DNA from: a virus
Reading direction: 5' to 3' (one strand)
Length of the DNA: 64,000 nucleotides
IMG/VR virus record: IMGVR_UViG_3300005613_000030
Coordinates: 1-64,000 of that record
Positions 8,574 to 18,255 of this stretch are shown piece after piece. Under the pieces are notes generated by a model, which was not told where the DNA came from, ran no database searches, and saw only the letters and a list, made by a program, of their open reading frames with translations. Position numbers and translations under genes: made by a program. How positions within the stretch are numbered: the first letter of the stretch is position 1; each line of letters opens with the position of its first letter.

Positions 8574-11042
8574 ATGAAAGCAATAATCACCAATAAATTT
8601 ATTCTACTAAGAAATCCCACATTAGTCGTAAAGCGATCTCTCAAAGAATTATTATCTTATAAAGATAAGTCAAAAGCTTATCAATTACGACGAATGGCTA
8701 ATAATCCTTTTTTAAAGAGATCACCACAATATAAAAAATTACAACAAGAAGCAGAAGGTTGTCTACTTAAAGAACTGCCAAATGGAGATTTAGTTTTTTC
8801 TTCTGGATTTGTACATTATATACAATCTGCAAATATTGAAATCGAAGATCGACGAATTCAAACCGGGAAAACTATTCCATTGCCGTGGAAAAAACGAACT
8901 TTTGATCCATACCCGTATCAACGTGAAGCAGTTGACGCAATGAAAAATAATTATCGTGGAATTATTAATTTAGCAACTGGATTAGGTAAAAGTTTAATTG
9001 CTCTATATGCAACTCAAGAAATTAAAAAAAGAACATTGATCATAGTTCCTGGCGAATCAATTGCTAAACAGTTCTTAGAAGCTATGCAAGCTGCTTTTGG
9101 AGACAATAAAGTTGCTTTATATGGTGGCGGTAAGAAAAAAACAGCTGATATAACAATCGGTATTGGCGCATCCGTTGTTAGGAACATTAATACATTTAAA
9201 AAGCTAGATTTGGGATTAATAGTGGTGGATGAATGCTTTCCATATCGGCAGAATATAGCTACAATTGATGGACCAATGGAGATAGGTAAATTAGTAGGTA
9301 TGTGGGAACAAAATAAAACAATACCACTGGTTAAATCCTTTAATGAAAAAACCAAATCATTCGAATATAAAGCAGTTACCCATGCATGGCGAAAAACAAA
9401 TAACAATCTCATACGTATTAAAATGGGCAAACGCTCTATGTCATGCACTAGCAATCATAAAATGCTAACAGTCAATGGCTGGAAAAAAGCAAGTGAACTA
9501 GTTACAGGGGAATTGCTAGTTGCTAATCCTGATCTATCTAAAAAAGAACAACACGTTGCAAGAAGCTTGAATAATGATCAATACCAAATTTTATTGGGAT
9601 CTTTTTTGGGTGATGGAAACATAAACACTGTTAAAAGTGGACGACATAGATTGCGTGTTATCCATGGAGCACCTCAACGCGAATATTGTCAATGGAAAGC
9701 AAATATGTTTCATGTGGAATGTAAAAAAATATCTAATAATGGATACAGTAAAAAAGATGCTTATCGTTTTTCTACAAAGATAATAGATATACCAAATTCT
9801 ATACCAACTACAAAAACAACCTGTCCACAGTGGGTTATTGACGACTTAGATGCTAGAGGATTAGCAATCTGGTTTATGGATGATGGAACTATTAGTCAAT
9901 TAGGTAACGCTGCAGAAATAGCAACATGCTCTTTTGACCACAACACACAATTAAAACTAGTGAGTAAGTTGAATAAAATGGGAATTGATAGTAAACCAAA
10001 ATTTATAAAATACAATGATCATAGAGCACCTGGATACTGGGTAATTAAAATAAATAAAGTAGGATGCCATAAATTGAAACAGCTTATATTACCCTTTATT
10101 CATTCTAGTTTAACGTATAAAGTCAATAACATGCCAAATTATACACCTTACAACTGGGATAATACTTTTTTAGATTCTGGGACTATTCCAATTACAGAGA
10201 TATCCTATATAAAAAACAAACAAACTCGTACTCCATACGTTTTTGATATCGAAGTAGCTGATAATCATAATTTTGTAGTCTGCTCGTCAAGTGGAACTGC
10301 AGGACCAGTAGCTCATAATTGCCATCATATTCCAGCCGATACGTTCTATGAGATAGCTAATCAATTAGGTGATGTCGAAAAGATATTTGGATTATCAGCT
10401 ACTGGATATCGTTCAGATGGTAAAGATATTCTTATTTCTGCAGCTTGCGGTGATACCCTAATTAAGCGTGATATTAAGTGGGGTGTTAAAAATAAATTCT
10501 TAGCTAAACCAAATTTCATAATAAAAGAAGTAGATACAAATGGTGGAGATTTCAGAGATAATAAGCTGAAAAACTATAAAGCCAATGTATTACATGATGA
10601 TGCAATGAATAAACAAATCTTAGAAGATATTCAAACTAATTTAGCTAATGGTGAAGTTGTAATGTGTTTAGTATCAGAAGTAGCGCACGGTAAAGCATTA
10701 TCTACTGCATTAGGTTGTCCATTTGCACAAGGTAATGATAAGATGTCACAATCATATGTAAATGATTTAAATAGCAATAAAATCAAGTGTTTAGTAGCAA
10801 CCTCTGGAAAATTAGGCGAAGGTTCTGATACTAAACCAATTACAGTACTTATTCTGGCAAATTTTATTGCCTCAAAAGGTCCTGTTATTCAAGCTGTAGG
10901 TAGAGGTCTTAGAATTGCCAACGGGAAAACAACATGTACTATCATTGATTACATCCCAAATGGCTCTAAGATGCTAACTAGACACGCTAAACAAAGAATC
11001 AGTTATTATAAAGAAATAACTGACGATATTGAGATTGTGTAA
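8574..11042 (+). CDS. Superfamily 2 (UvsW-like) DNA helicase containing an intein
   Basis: PYPYQ Q-motif; LATGLGKS; VVDE|CHH after splicing; GLSATG; QAVGRGLR. Confidence 0.9.
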   Translation: MKAIITNKFILLRNPTLVVKRSLKELLSYKDKSKAYQLRRMANNPFLKRSPQYKKLQQEAEGCLLKELPNGDLVFSSGFVHYIQSANIEIEDRRIQTGKTIPLPWKKRTFDPYPYQREAVDAMKNNYRGIINLATGLGKSLIALYATQEIKKRTLIIVPGESIAKQFLEAMQAAFGDNKVALYGGGKKKTADITIGIGASVVRNINTFKKLDLGLIVVDECFPYRQNIATIDGPMEIGKLVGMWEQNKTIPLVKSFNEKTKSFEYKAVTHAWRKTNNNLIRIKMGKRSMSCTSNHKMLTVNGWKKASELVTGELLVANPDLSKKEQHVARSLNNDQYQILLGSFLGDGNINTVKSGRHRLRVIHGAPQREYCQWKANMFHVECKKISNNGYSKKDAYRFSTKIIDIPNSIPTTKTTCPQWVIDDLDARGLAIWFMDDGTISQLGNAAEIATCSFDHNTQLKLVSKLNKMGIDSKPKFIKYNDHRAPGYWVIKINKVGCHKLKQLILPFIHSSLTYKVNNMPNYTPYNWDNTFLDSGTIPITEISYIKNKQTRTPYVFDIEVADNHNFVVCSSSGTAGPVAHNCHHIPADTFYEIANQLGDVEKIFGLSATGYRSDGKDILISAACGDTLIKRDIKWGVKNKFLAKPNFIIKEVDTNGGDFRDNKLKNYKANVLHDDAMNKQILEDIQTNLANGEVVMCLVSEVAHGKALSTALGCPFAQGNDKMSQSYVNDLNSNKIKCLVATSGKLGEGSDTKPITVLILANFIASKGPVIQAVGRGLRIANGKTTCTIIDYIPNGSKMLTRHAKQRISYYKEITDDIEIV
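9234..10319 (+). mobile_element. Intein (362 aa) with LAGLIDADG endonuclease, inserted in the DExH motif
   Basis: Starts with C (CFPY); block B TSNH; LLGSFLGDG and LAIWFMDDG; VFDIEV; ends HN followed by Cys+1. Confidence 0.95.
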
Positions 11043-11124
11043 TCCACCTTCTATTAAAACATCAACATTAAATAACTGTAATTTAACTTCTTTTATAGTA
11101 TAATAAGCTATATAGGAGTATGAA

Positions 11125-11595
11125 ATGAATATCAAGAAATTCAAAAAAGGTGTAAAATCTAAATTATCTAAAAATTTTGCTTCAATAGAATTTGATTGCT
11201 CGTGTAAAAAATGTACTGAAACATTAATTGATTTAGATCACGTCATTAAATTGCAAAAACTAAGAGATGATTTAGGGTCATCAATTAAAATTAATTCTGG
11301 ATATCGTTGCCCAGAGCATAATGCTAATATTGGTGGTGCTAAACAATCTCAGCATGTATTAGGAACAGCTACCGATATAGTTGTTAAAGATATGGCACCC
11401 GATGAAGTAGCAGATTCTTGTGAATACTTCAAAGGACTAGGTCGTTATGACAGTTTTACTCATATAGATTCAAGAGATAGAATTAGTAAAGCTAGATGGG
11501 ATAATAGGAGCAAAAAGGAACATTTGCCAAAAGGACCTAGCAACGAAGAAATTGATAAAATGCTACAAGATATTGAAGATGATTTACTCAAATAA
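11125..11595 (+). CDS. Peptidase M15A (Zn D-Ala-D-Ala peptidase fold), probable endolysin
   Basis: NSGYRC..HN..IGGA..SQH..G.A.D and FTHID motifs. Confidence 0.85.
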   Translation: MNIKKFKKGVKSKLSKNFASIEFDCSCKKCTETLIDLDHVIKLQKLRDDLGSSIKINSGYRCPEHNANIGGAKQSQHVLGTATDIVVKDMAPDEVADSCEYFKGLGRYDSFTHIDSRDRISKARWDNRSKKEHLPKGPSNEEIDKMLQDIEDDLLK

Positions 11596-11602
11596 GGACA
11601 TC

Positions 11603-11848
11603 ATGAAGATTTGGGTAAAAAAAGACGATATCATTACGACTCCATACAATATATATCCACATATTACCCCATATAAAGGATATAAAGTCTTAGAAGAATT
11701 AGAGAACAATATGATAGCATTCAGGAATGACAACAACGATATAATTAATATGGAGTCACATCTTTTTTTTGAAATAAACCTATTTCATAAAATTAATCTA
11801 TATAGAATCTTTAAAACTTTAATTAAATTCAAAACTTTTATTAAATAA
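11603..11848 (+). CDS. Hypothetical protein
   Basis: AAGGA SD before ATG 11603. Confidence 0.55.
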   Translation: MKIWVKKDDIITTPYNIYPHITPYKGYKVLEELENNMIAFRNDNNDIINMESHLFFEINLFHKINLYRIFKTLIKFKTFIK

Positions 11849-12071
11849 GAATATTTCTTCACTTCTTTTTCCTTTGTCACGGGTACAATAGTAACAACGC
11901 TCTGCAACACAAGGCAAAGCATAGCTAAGCTATTCTTTTCTAATTATTTTTCAACATGCCTATATTCCTCATTAGTATAATTTTTCCATAAAAAGTTTTA
12001 ATATATTTGTAATTATTAAAGTGGCTTTAAATAAAAGAGAATTAAGTATTAATATTTTTATGGAGGACTTT

Positions 12072-12560
12072 ATGGAAAAAACAATTGCTGAAAAGCACAA
12101 AGCTCTTTTTGATGAAACTTATAAAATAGAAGTAGAAGTATTAGATAATGGAAAGTTGCCAATTAAAGCTCACAAAACTGATGCTGGTTTTGATTTATTT
12201 GCTACCGAAGATTTCACCATCCTTAATGGTTGTGTATCTAAACACCCCTTAAATATTAAGATGAAATTACCACGTGGTACTTACGCTCAGATTACTTCTA
12301 AATCAGGTTTAGGGAGTAAAGGTGTTTTAGTGTATGCCGGTGTTATAGATGAATCATATAGAGGTATTCCACATGTCGTATGCACACTTCTGCAGCAGCT
12401 TGATGGTATACCAAGTCGTCTACAAATAAAAAAAGGTCAAAAGGTTGCTCAATTAGTAATGCATCCATATTCTTCGCATTATTTCATGGAAGAAGTAGAA
12501 ACAGTGTCAAACGATACTGAAAGAGGTTCTGGTGGATTTGGAAGTACTGGGAAAGTTTAA
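12072..12560 (+). CDS. dut: Trimeric dUTPase
   Basis: AGFDL, KSG, GVIDESYRG, AQL and RGSGGFGSTG motifs. Confidence 0.95.
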   Translation: MEKTIAEKHKALFDETYKIEVEVLDNGKLPIKAHKTDAGFDLFATEDFTILNGCVSKHPLNIKMKLPRGTYAQITSKSGLGSKGVLVYAGVIDESYRGIPHVVCTLLQQLDGIPSRLQIKKGQKVAQLVMHPYSSHYFMEEVETVSNDTERGSGGFGSTGKV

Positions 12561-12681
12561 ACTATGATATATTATATGCAATAAGTCTATGATTTCAATA
12601 AAAAATTAAAAAATACTCCGATCTAAAAAAGCACAACATTAAGTTAGTATAATTAGGTAGAATACTTATTAAGGAAACTTT

Positions 12682-13398
12682 ATGGATAATCTATCTAGTA
12701 TTTTTAACACTAATGTTCGGATTAATTCCAATGACGTTAATGATCCACTGCATAAAGATGCAGTTTGGCCTAATTCTATTGAGATATGTATAGCTCGAGT
12801 TCCTATTAGACGTAGAGATGGTTATAGTGTTGAGAATATTAGAAAAATTGCAAAGCAATTAAAAAATAATATGGTCACCAATGGAATTGTATTCTTAATA
12901 TGCTATGCACCAGTTGAATGTAAATCTCGCCCATTTGAAATTGCTAAGGTTATGACTGAAGAAAAATTTACACATATTGATAATATAGTTATAGAAAGAT
13001 CTTGGTTACCTGGTAAAAGATCTGAAGTTAATTTAGTCAATTCACACGAATATGTTTTACATTTCTGCAATGGCAATGTATGGAACTTAGATAGATTACC
13101 TATTAAAGAGTACTTAAGAGCTGCCGATAGTATTTCATGTGTCGGTAATACTTGGAAAGTTGAAACTGGTAGTTTAGATGAGTCATATCCAATTGATCTA
13201 GCCGAATTATTAATCAGAATGACAGATGCTCTTCCGGGTAGTATAATATTTGATCCGTGGATGGGAGCTCAATCAGGTTTATTAGCTGCTTTAAAATTAG
13301 GACATAGTTTCTGGGGTTTTGAAAAAAGTGCCAGAAAGCTTAAAAAATATCAAAAAATTATTAATACTTTTGAACATAATTACAAACAACGAGATTAA
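12682..13398 (+). CDS. N4/N6 DNA methyltransferase-like protein (beta class) with a degenerate catalytic motif
   Basis: HEYVLHF; GNTW; YPIDLAELLI; IIFDPWMG; FWGFE. The expected S/DPPY reads RVPI. Confidence 0.75.
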   Translation: MDNLSSIFNTNVRINSNDVNDPLHKDAVWPNSIEICIARVPIRRRDGYSVENIRKIAKQLKNNMVTNGIVFLICYAPVECKSRPFEIAKVMTEEKFTHIDNIVIERSWLPGKRSEVNLVNSHEYVLHFCNGNVWNLDRLPIKEYLRAADSISCVGNTWKVETGSLDESYPIDLAELLIRMTDALPGSIIFDPWMGAQSGLLAALKLGHSFWGFEKSARKLKKYQKIINTFEHNYKQRD

Positions 13399-13402
13399 AT
13401 AC

Positions 13403-14161
13403 GTGATTGATAGAAAAGATTATCATGTGATTACGTTAAAAAATGGTAAGCATCGTACTACATATCGATATTATTGCGATAGTTGTAGTGCAGATAGAGG
13501 CTATCACCTTATGGATAGTAGAAAAAGTAAGCAATTATGTAAAACTTGTTCATACGCTGTTCGCAGTCAAAGAATAATACAAAGTAATAAAGAACCGCAT
13601 GATGGTTCGTGGATATGGCAGTATCGATCTAGTGGAAAAAGATATAAGAAGTTTATAGCGACCTGTAGTTCCTGTGGCAAAGATAGAGGATATCAATGCA
13701 AAAAAGATTCTTATAGATTATGTGGTGATTGCAGTTTACAAAAAAATACAGGTATGTGGAGTAAAGGTCACGTGCCATGGAATAAAGGTAAAAAATTAAG
13801 TAAAGAGTATAGTATTAAAAATAGTTGTGCACAGCGTCAAATAGAGATTAAAGATTTTGATTGCTTTACTACTCACAAGAATGATAAAGATCGCTCTATT
13901 TTAAAAAAGAGCAATCTTCATATTGAATGTTTTAAAAAAGCGGATTACACATGTCAAGTATGCAGTACTAAAGGCGTAACATTGAATGCTCACCATTTAA
14001 ATAACTTTGCACAATATGAAGATCAACGTTTTATTCTGGAGAATTTAGTATGTCTTTGCAAACAATGCCATAAAAAAATACATAAAGAATACGGGAATTC
14101 AACGACAAGATATAACTTTGAAGAGTATAGGAGAAAATATGAGTATCTACGAAAAAAGTAA
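13403..14161 (+). CDS. HNH homing endonuclease with Cys-rich N-terminus and PWNKG (NUMOD3-type) motif
   Basis: CQVC..LNAHH..NLVCLCKQCHKKIH; GTG start 13403 is approximate. Confidence 0.8.
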   Translation: MIDRKDYHVITLKNGKHRTTYRYYCDSCSADRGYHLMDSRKSKQLCKTCSYAVRSQRIIQSNKEPHDGSWIWQYRSSGKRYKKFIATCSSCGKDRGYQCKKDSYRLCGDCSLQKNTGMWSKGHVPWNKGKKLSKEYSIKNSCAQRQIEIKDFDCFTTHKNDKDRSILKKSNLHIECFKKADYTCQVCSTKGVTLNAHHLNNFAQYEDQRFILENLVCLCKQCHKKIHKEYGNSTTRYNFEEYRRKYEYLRKK

Positions 14162-15818
14162 AGCAAAAGATATTATTGCAGATAAAGATGAAATTGATAA
14201 AATAGTATCTGAAACAATGGATAATATGGCTGCTATTATTGGTCGAACTCTCGGTCCCGGAGGTAATCCTGTTTTAATTGAACGTGATTCTCAAGCGCCT
14301 TTGATTACAAAAGACGGAGTAACAGTTGCTAGATCTTTAGGTGTACATGACGCAGCATCACATGTGATTGTGGAATCCGCTAAAGAAATCTGCTTAAATA
14401 CAGCGAAAGATGCTGGAGATGGAACCACCACTGCTATTGTTCTTGCCAACGCTTTAGTTAAGGCTGGTAGGAAATTTTTAACAGATAATCCAAAATATAA
14501 TCCACAAAGAGTTGTTCAAGAATTACAACAGATGTACGACACAGTTATTATTCCTTTTTTAAAAGCGGAAGCAATTGATGCAGATACCGAAGCAAAATTA
14601 CTACATGTAGCTGAAATTTCCGCCAATGGGGATTCAAGCATAGCAAAAGTTGCTGTTGAAGCGGTATTGACTGCAGGGGAAGATGGTACAGTTCTATTAG
14701 AAGAAGCTCAAGGTAATGATATGAGAGTAGAGACTATTGAGGGATATGTCATTACAAACGGCTTAAAAGAGTTTGGACAAATTGGTCCTGTATTTGTGAA
14801 TGATAACGCTAATCAGCAATGCAAAATGGATCAAGGGTATGTGTTCCTATATGATGGCAGTATTACTGACTTAAAAGCATTAGGTTTAGTGCAGCAAGCA
14901 ATTGAAGGGACAGAATTATATGGTTCACCGATTATAGTTATGGCTCATGAATTTTCTGATAGTGTAATGGATAAAATTGCTCAAGCCATTAAAGGTGGAA
15001 TTACAATTTGTCCAGTTAAAACACCACGCTCTGGTGTACCGAATTCTAGATCTATGTTTCTTAAAGATATGTCTGCTTACACTGGAGCTCGTGTATTTGA
15101 TCCAGGTGATATTGCTGAAATTGAGCCAGAGCATTTTGGTGCATTTCAATCAGCTAAAAGTAACATGTATGAAACCTTCATATTGTCAATACCTGATACA
15201 GAAGCTATTGATGTGAGAGTTGAAGAGCTTAAAGGGTTAGCAGAGACATGTCATTCTGATTTTGATAAGATGTTTATAAAAGCAGCTATCGGTAAATTAA
15301 TTGGTGGAATTTCTACCATTTGGGTTGGTGGTGCTTCAGATCTTGAAGTTAGAGAGAAAAAAGCAAGAGTAGAAGATGCAGTAGAAGCTGTTAGATCAGC
15401 GATTGCTGAAGGTATTGTCCCTGGAGGTTGCTTTATACACCAGAAATTAGCGAATCAATTATGCGATAACAAAGATAGTAAGAAGTCGTGGAGTATTATG
15501 GTATCTGCATTGCAGGTTCCACTGAATCTATTGCTAACTAATTGTGGCGAGGATCCTAAAGAAATTAGAGCAGGGTTGAAGCGAAATAAGAATAAAATAT
15601 TTGATGCTAATAAACATGCTTTTGTTGATCCACATAAAGCTGGAATAATTGAACCAACTAAAGTTATTCGTGTTTCTTTAGCTAATGCGTTATCTGTGGC
15701 TAGTTTACTGATTAGTCTTGGCGGTGTTGTATGTGTTCCTCGTGATTCTGGTTTAGAAAATCAATTAGCTTTATCTAAACAGGCTTTTAAAGATATGATG
15801 AGTGATATGCCGAGATAA
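14139..15818 (+). CDS. groEL: Phage-encoded GroEL-like chaperonin
   Basis: TLGPGG; ITKDGVTVA; AGDGTTTA; ISANGD; EKKARVEDA; EGIVPGGG-like motif. Confidence 0.95.
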   Translation: MSIYEKSKAKDIIADKDEIDKIVSETMDNMAAIIGRTLGPGGNPVLIERDSQAPLITKDGVTVARSLGVHDAASHVIVESAKEICLNTAKDAGDGTTTAIVLANALVKAGRKFLTDNPKYNPQRVVQELQQMYDTVIIPFLKAEAIDADTEAKLLHVAEISANGDSSIAKVAVEAVLTAGEDGTVLLEEAQGNDMRVETIEGYVITNGLKEFGQIGPVFVNDNANQQCKMDQGYVFLYDGSITDLKALGLVQQAIEGTELYGSPIIVMAHEFSDSVMDKIAQAIKGGITICPVKTPRSGVPNSRSMFLKDMSAYTGARVFDPGDIAEIEPEHFGAFQSAKSNMYETFILSIPDTEAIDVRVEELKGLAETCHSDFDKMFIKAAIGKLIGGISTIWVGGASDLEVREKKARVEDAVEAVRSAIAEGIVPGGCFIHQKLANQLCDNKDSKKSWSIMVSALQVPLNLLLTNCGEDPKEIRAGLKRNKNKIFDANKHAFVDPHKAGIIEPTKVIRVSLANALSVASLLISLGGVVCVPRDSGLENQLALSKQAFKDMMSDMPR

Positions 15819-15822
15819 TAGT

Positions 15823-16380
15823 ATGATAAAAGAATGTAGTAAATGTAAAAATCACAAGGATGTGATTCTCTTTAACAAGAATAAGAAAAACACTACAACT
15901 GGTCGATCATCATGGTGTAAAGCGTGTATTAAAAAACACGATGCTAGTAAGAATTATAAACCTATTTATCGTGGCACAAAGATATGTCAAACATGCAAGA
16001 TAACTAAAAAAGCCACTGAATTCCATGTAAATAAAAAACATAAAGATGGATTAGAGCGACGATGTAAAAAATGCAATATGTTGCGAAAAGACAATAATCA
16101 TTATAGAAATAAATATGGTATAACATTAGATGACTATAACAACTTAATTAAAAGTCAGAATTATCAGTGTGCTATATGTAAAACGGTAGATCCAGGTGTT
16201 GGAATTAATCGTTTTCACGTTGATCATAATCATTCCACTGGTGTAGTTAGAGGATTATTATGTTCGAATTGTAATCGAGCATTAGGTCAATTTAAAGATG
16301 ATATATCGATTCTTGAATCAGCAGCGGAATACATAAGAAATAACTTGGAGACAAAACATGATTTCAACGATCCTAAATAA
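15823..16380 (+). CDS. Endonuclease VII-family (His-Me) endonuclease, probably homing type
   Basis: KYGITL..Y..Q..CAIC; HVDHNH.TG.VRGLLC..CN..LG. Confidence 0.85.
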   Translation: MIKECSKCKNHKDVILFNKNKKNTTTGRSSWCKACIKKHDASKNYKPIYRGTKICQTCKITKKATEFHVNKKHKDGLERRCKKCNMLRKDNNHYRNKYGITLDDYNNLIKSQNYQCAICKTVDPGVGINRFHVDHNHSTGVVRGLLCSNCNRALGQFKDDISILESAAEYIRNNLETKHDFNDPK

Positions 16381-17062
16381 TAGATATATTCAAATAGTTA
16401 TTGCGTTATTAATTGGTTGCGCTATAGGAGCCATATTTTATCCTTCTAAGACAATTAAAGAAGAGATAGAGCAGAAATATGAAAGACAATTACAGCAGAA
16501 AGAAGAGGAACATATTAAGGCTTTTTATGAGTTATCTACAAAACACACCGAAGAGATTAATATTCTAAAATCGAAGACCGAAGAGACAACTAGTAAAATC
16601 CATTCTTTAACACAAGAGAATTATGAATTACGTCAAAAATCTGAAGAATCAACTCTTCGCATAGTGAAACCCGATGGCACTATCGTAGAAAAAACATATA
16701 AAAAATCCGAAACTGAACAAATATCACAGATCACAACAGAAATAAAATCTGAATTTAGTCGTAAGGTTAAAGAGATCGAGCAGAAGTGGACAACTATACA
16801 TAAAGAGAGAGTTAGTAGAATAAAGATAGAGCATGATAAAGTGATAGCAATTAAAGAAACAGAGATAGCGCAGTTAAAAAAGAAAACAACTATAGAAATC
16901 AATAAACGTAATTTTGGTATTTATGGTGGATATATGACTAATAAGAATTATTACAGCGGTGTGCAATATGATGTCTTTGGGCCAGTATTTTTAGATGCTC
17001 ATGTTCAATCAGATTTTCAAGATAATGCAGCCGGTGGTATAGGCTTTGGTTTTAGGTTTTAA
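16358..17062 (+). CDS. Membrane-anchored coiled-coil protein with C-terminal beta-strand anchor (spanin/trimeric-autotransporter-like)
   Basis: N-terminal TM segment, a long charged coiled coil, and four amphipathic strands ending GIGFGFRF. Confidence 0.6.
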   Translation: MISTILNNRYIQIVIALLIGCAIGAIFYPSKTIKEEIEQKYERQLQQKEEEHIKAFYELSTKHTEEINILKSKTEETTSKIHSLTQENYELRQKSEESTLRIVKPDGTIVEKTYKKSETEQISQITTEIKSEFSRKVKEIEQKWTTIHKERVSRIKIEHDKVIAIKETEIAQLKKKTTIEINKRNFGIYGGYMTNKNYYSGVQYDVFGPVFLDAHVQSDFQDNAAGGIGFGFRF

Positions 17063-17065
17063 ATT

Positions 17066-17416
17066 ATGGCAAAGAACAGATATAAATGTAATCAATGTAG
17101 TAATGAAGAAATTAAATACACAGCTATTAAAGAGTATGCTTGTGAGTGTGGTGGCTGCATGAATAGGCAGATGCCGAAGTTATCCGGTGAAGCTCAAGTG
17201 AATGAAGTAGTTGATAAATATAGAAATATTAAGCATAAATCTTATCAAAAGAAAACAATTCAAGATAGGAAATTAGTACATTACTGGAAAGTTAAAGTAC
17301 CTCAAATGGTTAATTCCGGTGTATATAGCTTACAAACAATGATAGAAATGGGATGGGTTTATTATAATGAAAAAGAGGAGTTATGCACACGCACGTCTCC
17401 TCCAGCAGCTAAGTAA
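17066..17416 (+). CDS. FmdB-like zinc-ribbon protein
   Basis: YKCNQC...CECGG.M.R. Confidence 0.6.
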   Translation: MAKNRYKCNQCSNEEIKYTAIKEYACECGGCMNRQMPKLSGEAQVNEVVDKYRNIKHKSYQKKTIQDRKLVHYWKVKVPQMVNSGVYSLQTMIEMGWVYYNEKEELCTRTSPPAAK

Positions 17417-17426
17417 AGGAGTTTTT

Positions 17427-18188
17427 ATGAAGCATTTATTATTAACTATATTATTAACTACGTTGTTAACTAGTTGTTCTAGTGTCACTGCTTCTAATCA
17501 GGGCATTATATTTAACACCACTGATAAAGTTAATGTTGTTAATAAGACAATTTCATACGAGTTTAATGATACTAATGATTTTTTTGTGGTCACAGCAAGT
17601 TATGACGAAGCGCTATTAGAACGTTTTATTAAAAAGGTAGCAACCTTTAAAAAGAAAACTATGTATATTTATTATGATAGTCCAGGTGGATCAGTTATTT
17701 CATTAAATAGGATGTTAGGTATCATGGAAAATTCCGATATAAAATTTATCTGCATGGCTCGATTTGCAGCTTCAGCTGCTTTTACAATGTTTGAAATGTG
17801 TGATGAACGATATTTACTTGCTGATGGTATACTCATGTCACATGATGCTAGTATTGGGCTGCAAGGTAATATACATACAATTAAAGGTATGCTAGATATG
17901 TATATATTAATGCTAGAAACAATTGAAAGAAAGATAGCTAAACGCATGAAGTTATCTTTTGAAGAATATGATTACTTGAAAAGTAGAGAGCTATGGATGA
18001 ATATAGATTTAGCAAGAAAATACAATGCAATTGATGGTGAAGTTAAAAAGCTTAGTTGCTCTGAGAAATTAATAAAGCAAACAGTCGCTAAAGACGTATC
18101 AGTAATGACTATATTAGGGCCAATGACCGTTACCGAAACATTTTCAGCATGTCCATTATTGACTGCACCAATTAAAAACGACAAATAA
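17427..18188 (+). CDS. ClpP/crotonase-family serine protease with lipoprotein signal
   Basis: Lipobox LTSC after MKH plus hydrophobic core; DSPGGSV; AASAA (Ser); LMSH (His); AIDG. Confidence 0.8.
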   Translation: MKHLLLTILLTTLLTSCSSVTASNQGIIFNTTDKVNVVNKTISYEFNDTNDFFVVTASYDEALLERFIKKVATFKKKTMYIYYDSPGGSVISLNRMLGIMENSDIKFICMARFAASAAFTMFEMCDERYLLADGILMSHDASIGLQGNIHTIKGMLDMYILMLETIERKIAKRMKLSFEEYDYLKSRELWMNIDLARKYNAIDGEVKKLSCSEKLIKQTVAKDVSVMTILGPMTVTETFSACPLLTAPIKNDK

Positions 18189-18255
18189 TCTAATTAATCC
18201 ACACTATCATAAAATGCATGTCAGTATAATCTTCTTTATATAAGGGGATTATCGT

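Noticed and set aside
11849-12060. tRNA, ncRNA or small ORF in this intergenic gap (also 46604-46810 and 62292-62415)
   Set aside because: No cloverleaf or T-loop signature and no convincing ORF were seen. A covariance-model search would be needed to exclude ncRNA.
15823-16380. Endonuclease VII as the phage's Holliday junction resolvase
   Set aside because: A RuvC-like resolvase is present at 20793, and the Cys-rich N-terminal repeats match the homing-endonuclease style. Not formally excluded.
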